Source: Carpediemonas membranifera BICM (taxonomy: Eukaryota; Protista; Fornicata). Taken from it: a stretch of 64,000 bases of DNA. The notes under the pieces are model-generated. The model was not told the DNA's origin. It made no database searches and saw only the letters and a program-made list of their open reading frames with translations. Positions 63,264 to 64,000 of this stretch are shown here, piece by piece (position 1 is the first letter of the stretch; the number at the start of each line of letters is the position of its first letter). Where the stretch lies: NCBI GenBank assembly GCA_019828565.1, contig JAHDYR010000028.1, forward strand, positions 124,001 through 188,000, read 5' to 3'. Both the position numbers and the translations under genes were made by a program.

Positions 63264-63971
63264 TCAAACAACAATTTCTGCTGGTATTGGTTTCTCATAC
63301 AACGGCATCCATGGAAGAGTTGGTGTCCACCGCAGAATATTGTTGTACGCGTACCACCGTTTGTTGAGTGGGTTGAACAGCCAGTAAGTGCTGGGGGACT
63401 TATCCATCAGTGTCACTGCATATTTTGATGCCTCAAAGCGCGCAATAGCAGGAAACCCATGCGATTGTCTCGAAACCACAGTTTGTCTGCTCCCGCCGTC
63501 TACTCGCACATAGATAAGGACGTTGTTGGGCAATAGCACAAACTTGGAAAGTGGGTACAACCTATACACCTCATGTTCGCTGCAAGGAATCGGGTTTGGG
63601 TCCAAAAATAGAGATCGGACAATGTTGGGGATGAGTCGGGATCTACCGATGAGATAGCAATCATTGCCAGATCTAACGATCATAAACCTAGACTGTGCAA
63701 CAAAGATGATTGCGTCGATCCAGACAGGTGTCCTCCTGAACCCCGGATGGGCGACATCCGTCATGTCATCAGCGGGAATATGACCAGTGGTATTACCGGT
63801 GAAGAACTGGGCTGGGACTATATTCTTTGTCTTGGATGCCCGGACCGTTCCGGACAAGATAACAAGTCCAGGCACGGCCCTGATCCCTCCAAGATTGACG
63901 GGAAGTTTCACCTTAGCAAACGAAGAGAATCGGTGAGTGAGGGCCACATCGTGTCCAAACCAAGCCATCAT
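63264..63971 (-). CDS. hypothetical protein
   Basis: 235-codon ORF with no recognised motif. Confidence 0.4.
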   Translation of the reverse strand: MMAWFGHDVALTHRFSSFAKVKLPVNLGGIRAVPGLVILSGTVRASKTKNIVPAQFFTGNTTGHIPADDMTDVAHPGFRRTPVWIDAIIFVAQSRFMIVRSGNDCYLIGRSRLIPNIVRSLFLDPNPIPCSEHEVYRLYPLSKFVLLPNNVLIYVRVDGGSRQTVVSRQSHGFPAIARFEASKYAVTLMDKSPSTYWLFNPLNKRWYAYNNILRWTPTLPWMPLYEKPIPAEIVV

Positions 63972-64000
63972 ATTAACGCCATACTCCTGAGAAGGCGCTG

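Noticed and set aside
1-64000. CRISPR array, tRNA or rRNA genes
   Set aside because: No regularly spaced repeat-spacer array and no recognisable cloverleaf or rRNA signature. The short repeats found are better explained as LTRs.

Overview
Gene-dense eukaryotic DNA with very short (~25-55 nt) GT..AG introns and GC-rich third codon positions. A PPi-dependent PFK and a GrpE with a presequence suggest an anaerobic protist (Carpediemonas-like metamonad; inference only). Layout: (1) 1-4.2 kb and 48.3-51.6 kb are mosaics of chromodomain-bearing Ty3/gypsy fragments with very small (~50-105 bp) TG..CA LTRs. Their 5' LTRs are followed by a palindrome instead of a tRNA primer site. (2) 7-48 kb holds housekeeping genes: SEY1, UFL1, a GT8-like glycosyltransferase, TAF6, GrpE, MBOAT, FNTB, FOP-like, ULK4, a GARP factor, RPLP2, TRAPPC5, SART1-like, RPL10, PPi-PFK, CAP-G, VPS4, a PPAT-Nas2_N fusion and RAB21. 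(3) A ~3 kb inverted duplication (9709-12740 / 18390-21415) encodes a Fanzor1-type (eukaryotic TnpB-derived, RNA-guided) RuvC nuclease. The nuclease sits antisense between two related 71-79 bp TGT..ACA units, with a chromovirus-type PPT before the second, so it looks like a mini-LTR cassette whose terminal unit may double as the omega-RNA. (4) 51.6-64 kb is a lower-GC island with long hairpins and a cluster of chromatin-related genes: a CDC7-like kinase plus a decayed paralog, a caspase/CHAT-fold + OTU double protease, an H3-tail protein with K9R/K27R, a degenerate SET protein and a PHD protein. Several frameshifts fall in homopolymer runs and may be assembly errors. All family assignments come from recognising motifs by eye; no database searches were run.
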